Assembly: GCA_965223425.1 (NCBI GenBank)
Contig: OZ245003.1
Span: 1,920,001 to 1,984,000, forward strand
Length of the DNA: 64,000 bases
Origin: Nitrosopumilus sp.
Lineage (GTDB): Archaea; Thermoproteota; Nitrososphaeria; Nitrososphaerales; Nitrosopumilaceae
Reading direction: 5' to 3'
The translations under genes and the position numbers were made by a program. Under the pieces are notes generated by a model. It searched no databases and was not told where the DNA came from. It saw only the letters and a list, made by a program, of their open reading frames with translations. How positions within the stretch are numbered: the stretch's first letter is position 1; the number at the start of each line of letters is the position of its first letter. Of the stretch, positions 32,032 through 42,904 are shown piece by piece.

Positions 32032-33108
32032 CTACGGGTTAATCACGGCGCGGCCAATAATCTTTCGTGCCTTGAGATCCTCAAGTGCGGCATTTGCATC
32101 ATCAAGAGAATATCGTTTGGATATTACAGGATTGATTACCCCTTTTCTTGCAAGATCGAGAAGCTCAACCATGTCACTGTAGTTTCCAGTGTAAGCGCCC
32201 TGAATAATTATTGATTTGAGTGGAACCGTCACCAAGGACAGGTCAACAGAACCGCCAAAGAGTCCAACAAGCACCAGGTTGCCTCGCTTTCGTAAAACAC
32301 CAAGTGCGGTTTTTACAGTTTGAGGTGCATTTACAAAGTCAATAACGCTATCTGCGCCCTTGCCGTTACAAATTGAAATAATTTTCTCTATTGAACCCCC
32401 GGATCCTGTTGCTATAGAGCCGGCAACGTTGGTATTAACAACAGAGTCTGCGCCCATCTTCTTTGCAGTGTCAAATTTTTTGTCATCGTTATCAATGCAT
32501 ATTATTTTGGCTTTTGTTATTGCTTTTGCAATTTGGATTCCCATTAATCCCAGTCCGCCAGCTCCGATTATCACTAAGAACTCTGGTGAATTTGCATTTG
32601 CTTTTTTGACTGCATTGTATGCAGTAAGTCCAGAGCATGCAAGTGAGGTTGCAGAGTCTGGATCAACGCCATCAAGCTTTGCCAAGTATTTGAAATGAGG
32701 AACCAAAGCGTAATCAGAATAACCACCGTCCTCAAAGACGCCCATTGATTTGGGAGTGTCACATAGGTTTTCGTTTCCCACTTTACATGCGGGACATTCT
32801 CCGCAGCCTATCCAGGGAAAAACTAAGACCTCATCCCCTATTGATGTGTCAGAGACACTGTCGCCAATTTCTTCAACAGTGCCGACAATTTCGTGCCCCG
32901 GAGTCACCGGATATTTTACACCCCTGTCTGTAACCTTCATGACTTGTCCGTCACCGAGGTCATAACCGCCTTCCAACAAGTGCAAGTCACTGTGACAGAC
33001 ACCAACGGACTTTACTTTAACAAGAACCTGATTTCCTTGAGGTTTTGGAGTCTCAAATTCAGATACCGTAATGGGTTCATTGGGGCCTGGAATTCGAGCA
33101 GATTTCAT
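32032..33108 (-). CDS. adh: Zn-dependent alcohol dehydrogenase (MDR family)
   Basis: GVCHSD, GHE, CGECPAC..G..NLC and GAGGLG motifs; likely start MKSARI. Confidence 0.93.
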   Translation of the reverse strand: MKSARIPGPNEPITVSEFETPKPQGNQVLVKVKSVGVCHSDLHLLEGGYDLGDGQVMKVTDRGVKYPVTPGHEIVGTVEEIGDSVSDTSIGDEVLVFPWIGCGECPACKVGNENLCDTPKSMGVFEDGGYSDYALVPHFKYLAKLDGVDPDSATSLACSGLTAYNAVKKANANSPEFLVIIGAGGLGLMGIQIAKAITKAKIICIDNDDKKFDTAKKMGADSVVNTNVAGSIATGSGGSIEKIISICNGKGADSVIDFVNAPQTVKTALGVLRKRGNLVLVGLFGGSVDLSLVTVPLKSIIIQGAYTGNYSDMVELLDLARKGVINPVISKRYSLDDANAALEDLKARKIIGRAVINP

Positions 33109-33202
33109 AGGTTGGTTTTTGGTCATAACAATATAAGAGTTGACTGGAAATGAGAAAAAAATAGAGCCCTTAGATATTATTGGATGCGGCAAAAGATACC
33201 AC

Positions 33203-33880
33203 ATGAGCGAGTCAGAGACTCCCAAGAGTATTTCCCAGGAACCGGTAAACGTTCTGTTTAGTCCCTCATCTGTTGCCAAGAAAGACGTCTGGGAGATTGA
33301 CTTGATTCAGATTTTGAATTTGTTGGTAAAAATTCTGGAAAAATCAGGCAAGAAGGATCTCAAGGTCGCAGGAATGGCAGCACTGTCATCATCACTAATC
33401 TACAGAATGAAAGTTGAGAGTATTTTTGCATTACAAAAGGCAGCAATGGCAAAAAAACCAATACATCAAAGAACAGACGTAGATATCGAGTTGATTGATA
33501 TTCCATTTAGGCACGAATCAACATATCCCGTATCTTTGGATGATCTGTTGGGACTGCTCCAAAACCTCATAGGCACTATTGCAAACCCTCAATCAAGAAG
33601 AAACAGACAACTGGAAATAGAGCCAATTGAAGCTCCTGATTTTCAAGAATATTTTACTTCACTTGAAAGCATTATTGGAAAGTACGAAGACCTGGTAATG
33701 AAGAAAATTTCATCAGCAGGATTTGGACTATTGCAGGATATTATTGCAGAACTTGATGAAATTGACTCCATAAGATGCTTCTTTGCGGCGTTATTTTTAG
33801 CCAGAGACCAAAAAGTGAGCCTTGAACAAATTGAGGGGGACATCAAGATTACAGCAATTAAAGAAGGGTTAACAAACTGA
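33203..33880 (+). CDS. scpA: segregation/condensation protein ScpA
   Basis: DVWEIDL N-terminal motif, C-terminal F.A.LFLA...V.LEQ motif, adjacent to scpB. Confidence 0.85.
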   Translation: MSESETPKSISQEPVNVLFSPSSVAKKDVWEIDLIQILNLLVKILEKSGKKDLKVAGMAALSSSLIYRMKVESIFALQKAAMAKKPIHQRTDVDIELIDIPFRHESTYPVSLDDLLGLLQNLIGTIANPQSRRNRQLEIEPIEAPDFQEYFTSLESIIGKYEDLVMKKISSAGFGLLQDIIAELDEIDSIRCFFAALFLARDQKVSLEQIEGDIKITAIKEGLTN

Positions 33881-33933
33881 TCAAAAATGGAGAAAAGGCT
33901 TCTTTAACTAGATTTTAGAGGATTGATGAACAG

Positions 33934-34512
33934 TTGGCTAAAATTGAGAATATGGACGAAGCAACAGCAAGGGTAGAGGCTGCGTTATACTCAGCAGGAA
34001 GGCCCCTTAGAATAGAAGACATAATCAGAGCCTCAGGCACAGAATCTAGAACAAAGACGCTGGAATTGCTCAGCAATCTCATGAAAAAGACAAGGTCAGC
34101 ATTCAGAGCACTGGAGGTGGCCATACTTCCAGACGGCTCGTACGTATTCCAGCTAAAACCAGAATACAGCGCCACAGTGAAAAGATACGCCTCAAAGCCG
34201 GTTCTTCCAAACGCAACGCTCAAGACTTTATCCTACATTGCATATATGCAACCAATCTCATCAAAACAACTTGTAGAGACAAGGGGTACCGGGGTTTATG
34301 CGCATCTGAAAGAACTGCGACAGCTAGACTACATCAGTCATCAAAATGTCGGAAGGCTAAAAATTTACACAACAACTGAAAAGTTCCAAAAGTATTTTGG
34401 AATCAAGGGAGATGTGGAGGATCTGAAACAAAGACTGTTCTCCAAGGTGAGAAAAACGGCAAGCATGAATCACGCAAGCCCCACTACCCAGACTGTTACA
34501 GAATCGAACTAG
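33934..34512 (+). CDS. scpB: SMC-Scp complex subunit ScpB
   Basis: VEAALYSAG, TLSYIAYMQPI and YTTTEKF..YFG motifs. Confidence 0.93.
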   Translation: MAKIENMDEATARVEAALYSAGRPLRIEDIIRASGTESRTKTLELLSNLMKKTRSAFRALEVAILPDGSYVFQLKPEYSATVKRYASKPVLPNATLKTLSYIAYMQPISSKQLVETRGTGVYAHLKELRQLDYISHQNVGRLKIYTTTEKFQKYFGIKGDVEDLKQRLFSKVRKTASMNHASPTTQTVTESN

Positions 34513-34577
34513 CAGGTTTCAGCCCGAGGCCAATCTTTTGCGTTTTGTATAAATTAGAGTAATTCAGACAAGGCTTT

Positions 34578-34964
34578 GTGAGAAAGTCCGTAGAAAATTT
34601 AGCAACCAGTAAAACCACCGGGGGAAGAAGACGGCCACTCAGAAGTAGAAGAAAGTATGAAACCGACAGATATCCAAACGAGGCTGTAAACGGAGCTCAG
34701 GTAACCATTACAAGAAGAATTCGCGGGGACAGCAGAAAGACAGCCCTGAAATCAATTGATTTTGCCAATCTGGCAACAGGGGATGCCAAAGTTAAGAAAA
34801 CAAAAATTCTCAAAGTTTTAGAGAATTCAACAAATAACGACTATCAAAGACGGGGCATCATTACAAAGGGTGCAATACTAGAGACACAGGAAGGCAAGTG
34901 CAGAGTGGTTTCCAAACCAGGGCAGACCGGAATAGTTAACGCAGTCTTGCTAGGGATAAAATGA
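34578..34964 (+). CDS. rps8e: 30S ribosomal protein S8e
   Basis: K.TGGRR and IITKGA...SKPGQ.G.VNA motifs. Confidence 0.95.
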   Translation: MRKSVENLATSKTTGGRRRPLRSRRKYETDRYPNEAVNGAQVTITRRIRGDSRKTALKSIDFANLATGDAKVKKTKILKVLENSTNNDYQRRGIITKGAILETQEGKCRVVSKPGQTGIVNAVLLGIK

Positions 34965-35260
34965 AAGATTACGAACATGTCGTAGTCTGGCTGGATTACT
35001 TTAACAAGAACTTGAAAAAGTCCAAAGGAAGAAGGCAGGGAATGGAAAAATGTGTTTTTGATCCCTCGCTAAAGGAATTAACGGATGCAACAACGGCCGC
35101 AGGATTTGAAATTACAGAGTCTGATGACAAGGTAAGGTTTCCCAAAAGGCCATATGTCAGATCAGGGTATGTTATTTTACCAAAAGGATCCTCCAAGACA
35201 AAAATTCTTGACAAAATTTCAGAAAAACTGATTTCAAAGAGAGCCAAACAGTCGAAATAG
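34961..35260 (+). CDS. srp19: signal recognition particle protein SRP19
   Basis: VW.DYFN...SKGRR and FPK.P motifs; conserved archaeal context. Confidence 0.9.
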   Translation: MKDYEHVVVWLDYFNKNLKKSKGRRQGMEKCVFDPSLKELTDATTAAGFEITESDDKVRFPKRPYVRSGYVILPKGSSKTKILDKISEKLISKRAKQSK

Positions 35261-35332
35261 AATCAAATCTAGCTCTAGCTAAAGTAAAGTTGACAGAAGT
35301 GTATGATAGGAGTATATGATTAGTGTTTTTAA

Positions 35333-35602
35333 TTGCAGGAGGTAGGCGAAATAATGCACCTGGCCGGTAGTGGCAGGGTTATCGTTCAACTGTCTAACAA
35401 ACTAGTTGAAGGACAAATACTCTGTGACAAAAAAGGAACCAGGGTCGCAAAAGTAATGGAACTAATCGGTCCAGTAAAAAGACCGTTTGCATCAGCGACT
35501 CCGCTAACAAACAACATCAAAAAATACATTGGCAAAAGTGTTTTCGCATCTGAACAGTCTCCTGCAAATACCTACAAAAAACTTAGGAGAAGAAAAAATT
35601 GA
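35333..35602 (+). CDS. gar1: H/ACA RNP subunit Gar1
   Basis: V.ELIGPVKRP motif; lies between srp19 and tfb. Confidence 0.88.
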   Translation: MQEVGEIMHLAGSGRVIVQLSNKLVEGQILCDKKGTRVAKVMELIGPVKRPFASATPLTNNIKKYIGKSVFASEQSPANTYKKLRRRKN

Positions 35603-36555
35603 ACATACTAGAAAAACAGAGCTGTCCTGAATGTAAATCAACGCTAGTTGATGACATGCAGAATGGCGAAATAATCTGCTCTGGTTGCGGCGTTGTAGTC
35701 GATGATCAGATTGCAGACTTTGGTCCAGAAACAGTTAGTTCAAATCTTGAAGACAAGATGAAGCTGGCAAGGGCGACCGGACAGACCACCTATTCCCAAC
35801 ACGATTTGGGAATAACGACTGAGATCTCAATTAGTGCAAGGGACTTTAGTGGAAAAACAATCAACCACGAAGTTGCAAATCAGATGCACAGTCTCAGAAA
35901 GTGGCAGCAAAGAATACGGGTTTCCTCACCAAGAGAGAGAAGACTGGCAAATGTTTTGTCAAAAATGGGCGAAACGTGTGACGGTCTTGGTCTTTCAAAA
36001 AATGTTTTGGAGACTGCTTCTATGATATACAGAAACATGGATGGACATGTTGATGTGAAGGGAAAATCAGTAGTCAGCATCACAGCTGCTACAGTTTACA
36101 TGGCATGCAAGCAATGTAACGTGGTAAGATCACTAGAAGAAATTTGCCGGGGAATATGTCTAGCAAAGGATGTCAAATCAAAAACAAAACTTGCAGCAAG
36201 ATACTATAGAATCATGGTAATGGAAATGGGGCAACTGACAGCCCCGGTTGTAACCATGGACAAATACATCTCAAAGATGGCAAACACCACACAAACTGAG
36301 GTCAAAGTCGAGAGACTGGCCTTGGAAATTGCAGAAAAAACCAAAAACAGTAACATTGCAGATGGAAAGGCTCCAAACGGAATTGCCGCAGCATACCTGT
36401 ATGTTGCATCAGTCCTGCTTGGACAGAACGTGCTACAAAGAGACGTTTCAAACATTGCAGGAGTTACAGAAGTCACCATCAGAAACAGATGCAAGGAGAT
36501 TCTAACAAGTTACAAACTCAAAATCGCTTTGAGGCCGTCTCTGACCAAAAACTAA
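35599..36555 (+). CDS. tfb: transcription initiation factor IIB
   Basis: CPEC...CSGCG zinc ribbon, cyclin repeats, AGVTEVTIRNR. Confidence 0.95.
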   Translation: MNILEKQSCPECKSTLVDDMQNGEIICSGCGVVVDDQIADFGPETVSSNLEDKMKLARATGQTTYSQHDLGITTEISISARDFSGKTINHEVANQMHSLRKWQQRIRVSSPRERRLANVLSKMGETCDGLGLSKNVLETASMIYRNMDGHVDVKGKSVVSITAATVYMACKQCNVVRSLEEICRGICLAKDVKSKTKLAARYYRIMVMEMGQLTAPVVTMDKYISKMANTTQTEVKVERLALEIAEKTKNSNIADGKAPNGIAAAYLYVASVLLGQNVLQRDVSNIAGVTEVTIRNRCKEILTSYKLKIALRPSLTKN

Positions 36556-36664
36556 CCCACCACCCCCCCCCCCCTTCCTCTTTTTTCATTCTATTACCAA
36601 AAATGTACGTTAGGATCAGCTAAATTTCGTCGGCATTATATAACGAAACAAGACATTTTGCAAC

Positions 36665-37435
36665 ATGGGCATATTAGAAATCAAAGACCTTCATGTAACA
36701 AGGGAGGGTAAAGAGATTCTCAAGGGTGTCAATCTAAAAACAGAACCAGGCGAAGTTCATGCCATCATGGGGCCAAACGGTTCAGGAAAAAGTACGCTGG
36801 CTTGTACATTACTTGCACATCCAAAATATGAAGTTACGTCAGGAGATATTTTGTTGGACGGTGAAAGTATCTTAGATTTAACTGCAGATGAAAGGGCAAA
36901 GAAAGGGCTGTTCTTGGGATTCCAGTACCCAACCGAAGTTTCAGGTGTGGGATTTTCTCATTTTCTTAGAACAGCTTACAACTCGTTGAGTAAAGCACTT
37001 GAAGGGGATGACAGGGAGGTGTTCATAACAGTAAGAGAGTTTCAAAAATATCTAAAAGAAAACTTGGAAAAAGTTGGATTAAAAGAGGAATTTCTTTCAA
37101 GATATCTCAACGAGGGATTCTCTGGGGGAGAAAAGAAACGTGCCGAGGTTTTACAAATGGCAGTACTAAAACCAAAAATTTCAATTTTAGATGAACCAGA
37201 TTCAGGTTTGGACATTGATGCAGTTCAGGCAGTAGCAAAAGCAATCAGTCAGGTATCTGGCAAAGACGCAACAATTATTGTAATTACCCATTATGCCAGA
37301 ATTCTAAAGTTCCTAGACAAACTAGACTTTGTACATGTATTTGCCAAAGGAAAAGTCTTGAAAACCGGTGATGCATCACTTGCAGATAAACTAGAAAAAG
37401 ACGGTTATGATTGGGTCTTAGAGCAGACAGCCTAA
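36665..37435 (+). CDS. sufC: Fe-S assembly ABC ATPase SufC
   Basis: GPNGSGKST, NEGFSGGEKKR and DEPDSGLDIDA motifs. Confidence 0.95.
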   Translation: MGILEIKDLHVTREGKEILKGVNLKTEPGEVHAIMGPNGSGKSTLACTLLAHPKYEVTSGDILLDGESILDLTADERAKKGLFLGFQYPTEVSGVGFSHFLRTAYNSLSKALEGDDREVFITVREFQKYLKENLEKVGLKEEFLSRYLNEGFSGGEKKRAEVLQMAVLKPKISILDEPDSGLDIDAVQAVAKAISQVSGKDATIIVITHYARILKFLDKLDFVHVFAKGKVLKTGDASLADKLEKDGYDWVLEQTA

Positions 37436-37466
37436 TCAAATCTAAACAAAATATTTTTCCAAAACA

Positions 37467-37688
37467 TTGTTGATTTACAAAGTTAATGTAGAATTTTCCA
37501 AAGGTTCCAGAAATAAAAGAAAATCAAACCAAATCAACATGGGAGCAAAATCAAAACCATCCAAAGGGAAAGCAGGTGAAGAAATCACGGAGAGCCCACC
37601 ACAGCATCGGTGCCAAAGTCTTGTCAAAGTAAAGTCGCGGCACAAATCCCGAGAAAAAATCACAGAGATTCTGCAATATGGAACCTGA
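37467..37688 (+). pseudogene. degenerate DUF167/YggU-like gene
   Basis: Residual pattern KSKP.KGKA..EI...V.VKS.HKSREK..EI with many non-conservative changes. Confidence 0.5.
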
Positions 37689-37725
37689 TTTTTTGTTTAA
37701 ATAGGGTTTCAAGTTTGGAAAAATC

Positions 37726-38400
37726 ATGTCAGAGGACGACGGCCAATATTATTTCAATTTCTCATTTTTCAAGGTAGATCCCAAATGGAGATGGATGGCA
37801 GACTTGGCTAAAGAAGAGTCTGCAAAAGAGGTTGAAAACATAATTAAAAATTCGGGAATAATGTTTAGATCATATTCAAATCTAGGACTGCGAGATGATT
37901 CTGATTTTTTGTTTTGGTTTGCCGCAAAAACAGTTGAGGAGATTCAGACTGCCATTGAGAAACTATACAAAACTGTGTTTGGAAAATACATCATACCATC
38001 TATGACATATCTCTCCTGTACCAGACCGTCAATTTATGCACAAGAGCAAAAAGCTCATGGGTTCATCACAGGCAATGATCCAAAAAGGCACGTCATAGTA
38101 TATCCATTTACAAAGACTAGGGAGTGGTATCTCTTGCCAAAAGAAAAACGCCAAGAGATTATGGATGAGCACATGGAGGCAAGCAAGAAGTACCCACAAA
38201 TTGTACTAAACACCACATACTCTTTTGGAATACACGATGAGGACTTTATGCTGGCATTTGAAGTAGACGATATCAGAGATTTCCAAGATCTTATCATGGA
38301 CTTGAGGGAGACCCGAGTATCATCATATGTAAAAAATGACATTCCAATGATCGTGTGCGTCAAAAAAGATCTGATTCCCCTGATATCCAGTCTGGGTTAG
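37726..38400 (+). CDS. chlorite dismutase/coproheme decarboxylase-family protein
   Basis: VYPFTKTREWYLLP.EKRQEIM.EH and YSFGIHDEDF motifs. Confidence 0.9.
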   Translation: MSEDDGQYYFNFSFFKVDPKWRWMADLAKEESAKEVENIIKNSGIMFRSYSNLGLRDDSDFLFWFAAKTVEEIQTAIEKLYKTVFGKYIIPSMTYLSCTRPSIYAQEQKAHGFITGNDPKRHVIVYPFTKTREWYLLPKEKRQEIMDEHMEASKKYPQIVLNTTYSFGIHDEDFMLAFEVDDIRDFQDLIMDLRETRVSSYVKNDIPMIVCVKKDLIPLISSLG

Positions 38401-38497
38401 GATTTTACAAAAATAATTTTCCTTGAAAATTCCAGCATTACATTGAAAGTCTCGGATAAACATAAATGATGAAGTCAAAAGTATAGGAAATAGAAGA

Positions 38498-39496
38498 TTG
38501 GACTACAACAAACTTGGAAAAACAGACATCAAAGTATCAGAATTAGGATTTGGCGCATGGGCCATTGCCCTTGATTGGTGGGGCAAGAAAATTGAAGAGG
38601 ACGAGGCAAAAAGGATGCTAAAAAAGGCATACGATGTAGGAATTAACTTCTTTGAGACAGGAGACATGTATGGAAAGGGAAAAAGTGAGAGGCTGATCGG
38701 GGAGGTTTTCAGGGACATGAGAGACGAAGTTGTCATCTCTACAAAATATGGCTATGATTTTCGGGGAGCGGAGCAGATCGGACATGGCGAATTACCGCAA
38801 AAATTTGATGAGGACTTTACAAGAATGGCACTAAGGGACAGCTTGGAGAGACTGCAAACTGATCATTTAGACATGTACGGACTGCACAATCCAAAGCTAG
38901 CTCACATCAGGGATGATTCAATATTTAGTGCGCTTGATAGTTTTATTGCAGACGGGTCCATCAAGACATATCAGGTTGCATTAGGCCCTGCAATTGGCTG
39001 GATGCAGGAGGGTCTTGAAGCAATGGATAGGCCAAACATCAGCGCAGTCCAGACTGTGTATAATATTTTAGAACAGACTCCAGGAAACGAATTAATGAGA
39101 AAAGCCGAAGAGAAAAACGTCGGGATTCTAGTTAGGGTTCCCGAGGCATCAGGAATACTGACAGGAAAAGTAAATGCCGATACAAAGATTGATGAAAAAG
39201 ATCACAGATCAGTAAGAAAGGGCGAATGGATTAAAGCATCACTAGAAAAAGTCGAACAGTTAAGACCGATTGCAGAAAGAAACGGACTAAACATTACAGA
39301 GCTGGCAATGAGGTTTATCATGACAAAGAAGGGATTTGCATCAGTATTTCCAACGATGGTCAGCGAAGAAGAAATCATCACTAATGCAGAGATGGCAAAA
39401 GGCAGATACGTCTCAGCAGCAGACATGAAGGAGATAGAAGAGCTGTACGATGCCTGGCCGCCCTATGAACTAAAAGCGACACCCCAAGCAAGCTAA
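38498..39496 (+). CDS. aldo/keto reductase
   Basis: LGKTDIKVSELGFG, Y..GKSE and SLERLQTDHLD motifs. Confidence 0.92.
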   Translation: MDYNKLGKTDIKVSELGFGAWAIALDWWGKKIEEDEAKRMLKKAYDVGINFFETGDMYGKGKSERLIGEVFRDMRDEVVISTKYGYDFRGAEQIGHGELPQKFDEDFTRMALRDSLERLQTDHLDMYGLHNPKLAHIRDDSIFSALDSFIADGSIKTYQVALGPAIGWMQEGLEAMDRPNISAVQTVYNILEQTPGNELMRKAEEKNVGILVRVPEASGILTGKVNADTKIDEKDHRSVRKGEWIKASLEKVEQLRPIAERNGLNITELAMRFIMTKKGFASVFPTMVSEEEIITNAEMAKGRYVSAADMKEIEELYDAWPPYELKATPQAS

Positions 39497-39514
39497 TTTG
39501 CAAATGGACACTCC

Positions 39515-39841
39515 ATGGATTCGCAAAAAACGCTCGAAGTCATTGAAAGAATGAAACTGGCCAAAATTGGGGAGTATGGCAAATGGGAAGCAATCATTAA
39601 AAAAATCAAAAACCAGCAGCCGCTAAATCCAGGAGAACTCGAATATTACGCGAATCTAACAAGAATTTACAAAGACTCAGGCATTACCAGCAGAAGCAAG
39701 GTCTACCATACAAAACTATCAGAACACGACGAAAAGCCACCATGCAAGGCATGCGGGGAGGATTCCCTTTACTATTGCAACATGAATGATCAATACTTTT
39801 GTACAATCCATGTCGTCGGACACGATGAAAACGAACTCTAA
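39515..39841 (+). CDS. hypothetical protein with C-terminal Zn-binding motif
   Basis: CxxC...C....FC..H...H pattern. Confidence 0.75.
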   Translation: MDSQKTLEVIERMKLAKIGEYGKWEAIIKKIKNQQPLNPGELEYYANLTRIYKDSGITSRSKVYHTKLSEHDEKPPCKACGEDSLYYCNMNDQYFCTIHVVGHDENEL

Positions 39842-40854
39842 GACGCCGGAACTGTCTCTTCCAAAGTAAAGGAGTTTTCTACGAAATACTCAACCCGGGT
39901 CTTTTTGAATTCACGAGAGCTAAAGAGAATTCGGTACTCGTCAACGCTAATCTGGTCTTGTATTGTTTTTGCCATCTCATGGGCCTCATCATGAGTCTTG
40001 CAGTGAATCATTGAAAATACATTGTATGGCCAGTCAGAATACGTAGGTCTCTCATAACAATGGCTGACCTGAGGGAATGCGCCTAGCTTTGCTCCAACAT
40101 CAGATATTTTATCTTCTGGAACTCTCCAAACTATCATTCCATTAGCAGTGAATCCCACCTGCCTGTGTCTCAGGATTGCTGCAAAGCGTCTCATTACTCC
40201 AATGCTTTCGTAGTGTCGCATCCTTGCAAATAATTCATTTTCAGTGGTTCCAAGATTGTCAGCTGCCTTTGCAAACGGCTCGTCAATAATTTCCATATCC
40301 TTTTGTAATTCACGGACAAAGTCTTTGTCCTCTTCTGTGGGTTCAAACTTTACATTCTTGATCTCTTTTTTTTCTTCAGATGGCGCAACTTTGTGCTTCT
40401 TATCGTCAACCATGTCTAACTTTACACCAATTTTGAACAGTTGCAGGGTTGGAAGCATTCGAACTTTTTTGATTCCTTTTAGGACGTTAAATTTGTCAAG
40501 CTCTGTTTTCAAATCAGAGCCGGGGGGAACGGCCAAAGTGAACCAAAGATTGAATTGATGGTCACGCTCATAGTTATGACTGACACCGGGATGACAGTTG
40601 ATCTGACTTGCGACATGTTCTAGTTTGTCAGACTCGACCTCCATTGCAACAAGAGAGCTTGTGTAACCGAGTCTTCTTGTATCAAAAATGGCACTAAGTT
40701 GTCTTAGGACGCCAATCTCTTTTAGGTTGCTGAGATGTTCTTTTACAGTCTCCGGAGTAGTGTTAAATTTTTTAGCAATGGCATCAAAGGGCCTTCTCAC
40801 AAGTGGGAATGTCCATTGAATTTCGTTAAGAAGTTCTTTGTCCAGTTCATCCAT
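39838..40854 (-). CDS. siroheme decarboxylase AhbA/AhbB (NirDL-like) fusion, Lrp/AsnC-like
   Basis: Two tandem domains with GVSHNYER and VSHCYER motifs; next to siroheme/heme genes. Confidence 0.88.
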   Translation of the reverse strand: MDELDKELLNEIQWTFPLVRRPFDAIAKKFNTTPETVKEHLSNLKEIGVLRQLSAIFDTRRLGYTSSLVAMEVESDKLEHVASQINCHPGVSHNYERDHQFNLWFTLAVPPGSDLKTELDKFNVLKGIKKVRMLPTLQLFKIGVKLDMVDDKKHKVAPSEEKKEIKNVKFEPTEEDKDFVRELQKDMEIIDEPFAKAADNLGTTENELFARMRHYESIGVMRRFAAILRHRQVGFTANGMIVWRVPEDKISDVGAKLGAFPQVSHCYERPTYSDWPYNVFSMIHCKTHDEAHEMAKTIQDQISVDEYRILFSSREFKKTRVEYFVENSFTLEETVPAS

Positions 40855-40954
40855 AGGTCAACAAGTCAATGACTTGACCATTCAATTAAAAATGTAGCTG
40901 GGATTTTACGCATTGTTTCAATACATAAATAGAAACCCGAGTCTTTTTGATCGG

Positions 40955-41608
40955 ATGATAGTTGATCTGAACCTTCAAGACAAAACGGTGATTGTGATTG
41001 GCAGTGGGAATGAGGCACAAAAAAGAATCAATTCATTGCCAAAACAAGGCTGTGAAGTTCTAGTGATTAGTGACTCTGTAAACTCTCAAATCAAAAAACT
41101 GGTAAGAACAAGGAAAATCAAATTTAAAAAACAAAAAGTTCAAGATACGAAATTTATTGCAAAGTTCAAGCCATACATGATCATTACAACAACTGATGAC
41201 AGAAGATTAAATCAGAGAATTGTCAACTGTGCAAGAAGACGCAAAATCATTGCATACAGCGCAGATAGTCCCGAAGATAGTGATTTTTCAAATCCGGCCA
41301 TAATTGATTTTGAAAATGTGGTTCAGATTGCAGTTTTTACAGGGGGTCAAAGTCCAGCAATGGCAAAGAAAATTAAAAACAAATCAGAGGGAATGCTCAA
41401 AAAGATAATTACAAGACAGGACGTTGCCCAAATCAAAATTCAAAGGATCGCAAGAAAACTAGCAAAAGAGGCCATACCAAATCAAATCCAGAGAAGGGAG
41501 TATCTCCGTGCCATCATGAATGACAATAAGATTGATCAGTTAATAAAAGACGGCCAGGTAAAAAAAGCTGAAAAGCAAGCCATTACAATATTGAGGGATT
41601 GGAAATGA
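40955..41608 (+). CDS. precorrin-2 dehydrogenase / siroheme synthase N-terminal domain
   Basis: VIGSG Rossmann motif, DF.NPA and TGGQSPA motifs. Confidence 0.88.
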   Translation: MIVDLNLQDKTVIVIGSGNEAQKRINSLPKQGCEVLVISDSVNSQIKKLVRTRKIKFKKQKVQDTKFIAKFKPYMIITTTDDRRLNQRIVNCARRRKIIAYSADSPEDSDFSNPAIIDFENVVQIAVFTGGQSPAMAKKIKNKSEGMLKKIITRQDVAQIKIQRIARKLAKEAIPNQIQRREYLRAIMNDNKIDQLIKDGQVKKAEKQAITILRDWK

Positions 41609-42873
41609 ACCAAAATATCATCATCAATGCACGTGTAACTTTTCGTAACTCACCAATACACGTTCTTGAGCAATTTACAATAAAAGACATGCAAGATGCG
41701 TATGAGCAGTTCAAAAAACACTCAGGATTAGACGAATGTGTGATTATTCAGACATGTAACAGAATAGAACTGTTTGGCAAATCAAAGACACATGATTTGG
41801 ACAAGATCAAGAAAACGTGGGCATCACTAACTGGACTCGAAGAAGAGGTATTCAAAGACAATGTCGAATTTGTTGAAAATCAAGAAGCACTGCACCACCT
41901 CTTAAAATTAACATCAGGTCTGGATTCCATGGTATTAGGGGAAGAGCAAATTTTAGGTCAGATAAAAAATTCCATTACTTCTGCCAGAGAGACAAAGGCA
42001 TCGGGCCAGCATCTTAACACTCTGTTTGACAAGGCAATTAGAATTGGAACTAGGATTAGAAACTCGAGTGGGATTGGCAAGGGGGGGATTTCAGTTGGCT
42101 CTATGGCAGTAAAGCTTGCAGAAGAAAATATTGATGAATTAAAAACAAAGAAGGTTTTGTTGATTGGTACCGGAGAGGTATCAACCCTTGTTGCAAAATC
42201 ATTGCAGAGAAGAGGGTATGCATTTGATGTCACTAGCAGGACCATAAGAAGATCACAAATATTTTGTGAGACGATGGGAGGAAACCCAATTAAATTTGAA
42301 GAGGTTCTTTCAGGATTTGATAATTATGACGTGTTATTTGTGGCAACAACTGCGCCATATTTTCTCGTAACTCATGAAAGAATCACAAAAGCCATGAAAG
42401 AAAAAAGTAAGGGGATGATGATTCTGGATTTGTCAAACCCCAGAACAGTGGATGAAAAAGTTGCAACTATTGGCGGCGTAAAGCTAATGAATCTAGACCA
42501 AATTGCGGAAATGGTTGAAAAAAATATGAACACACGGCAAAACAAGGTAAAAACCATTGAAAACATAATTAACGAAGAAGTATCCGTATTAGAGGCCTCA
42601 ATGAAAAGACTAGATGCAGAACCACTTGTAAAGGACGTATTCAAGAATATAGACTCTCTAAGAGCAAAAGAACTGCAAAAGGCACTACAAATGCTTGATG
42701 AGAAAGATGAAGAAAAGATCAAAATTATTGACGAATTAACAAAAGCAGTTGTTGAAGGCATTGTTTCGACTCCAATGAACAACATCAGAAGGGCATCAGA
42801 ACAAGGCAAGCCTGACATAGTGGAGTTGGCAAGCAAACTGTTTGACTATAAAAAACAAGACGAGACAGACTAG
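41599..42873 (+). CDS. hemA: glutamyl-tRNA reductase
   Basis: TCNRIE, SGLDSMVLGEEQILGQ and DLSNPR motifs. Confidence 0.96.
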   Translation: MEMNQNIIINARVTFRNSPIHVLEQFTIKDMQDAYEQFKKHSGLDECVIIQTCNRIELFGKSKTHDLDKIKKTWASLTGLEEEVFKDNVEFVENQEALHHLLKLTSGLDSMVLGEEQILGQIKNSITSARETKASGQHLNTLFDKAIRIGTRIRNSSGIGKGGISVGSMAVKLAEENIDELKTKKVLLIGTGEVSTLVAKSLQRRGYAFDVTSRTIRRSQIFCETMGGNPIKFEEVLSGFDNYDVLFVATTAPYFLVTHERITKAMKEKSKGMMILDLSNPRTVDEKVATIGGVKLMNLDQIAEMVEKNMNTRQNKVKTIENIINEEVSVLEASMKRLDAEPLVKDVFKNIDSLRAKELQKALQMLDEKDEEKIKIIDELTKAVVEGIVSTPMNNIRRASEQGKPDIVELASKLFDYKKQDETD

Positions 42874-42904
42874 GATTATATTTTACCCAAAGAGAATTTC
42901 TAAC

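Noticed and set aside
36665-37435. sufC without adjacent sufB/sufD as a novelty
   Set aside because: The partners may be encoded elsewhere; this cannot be judged from the window.
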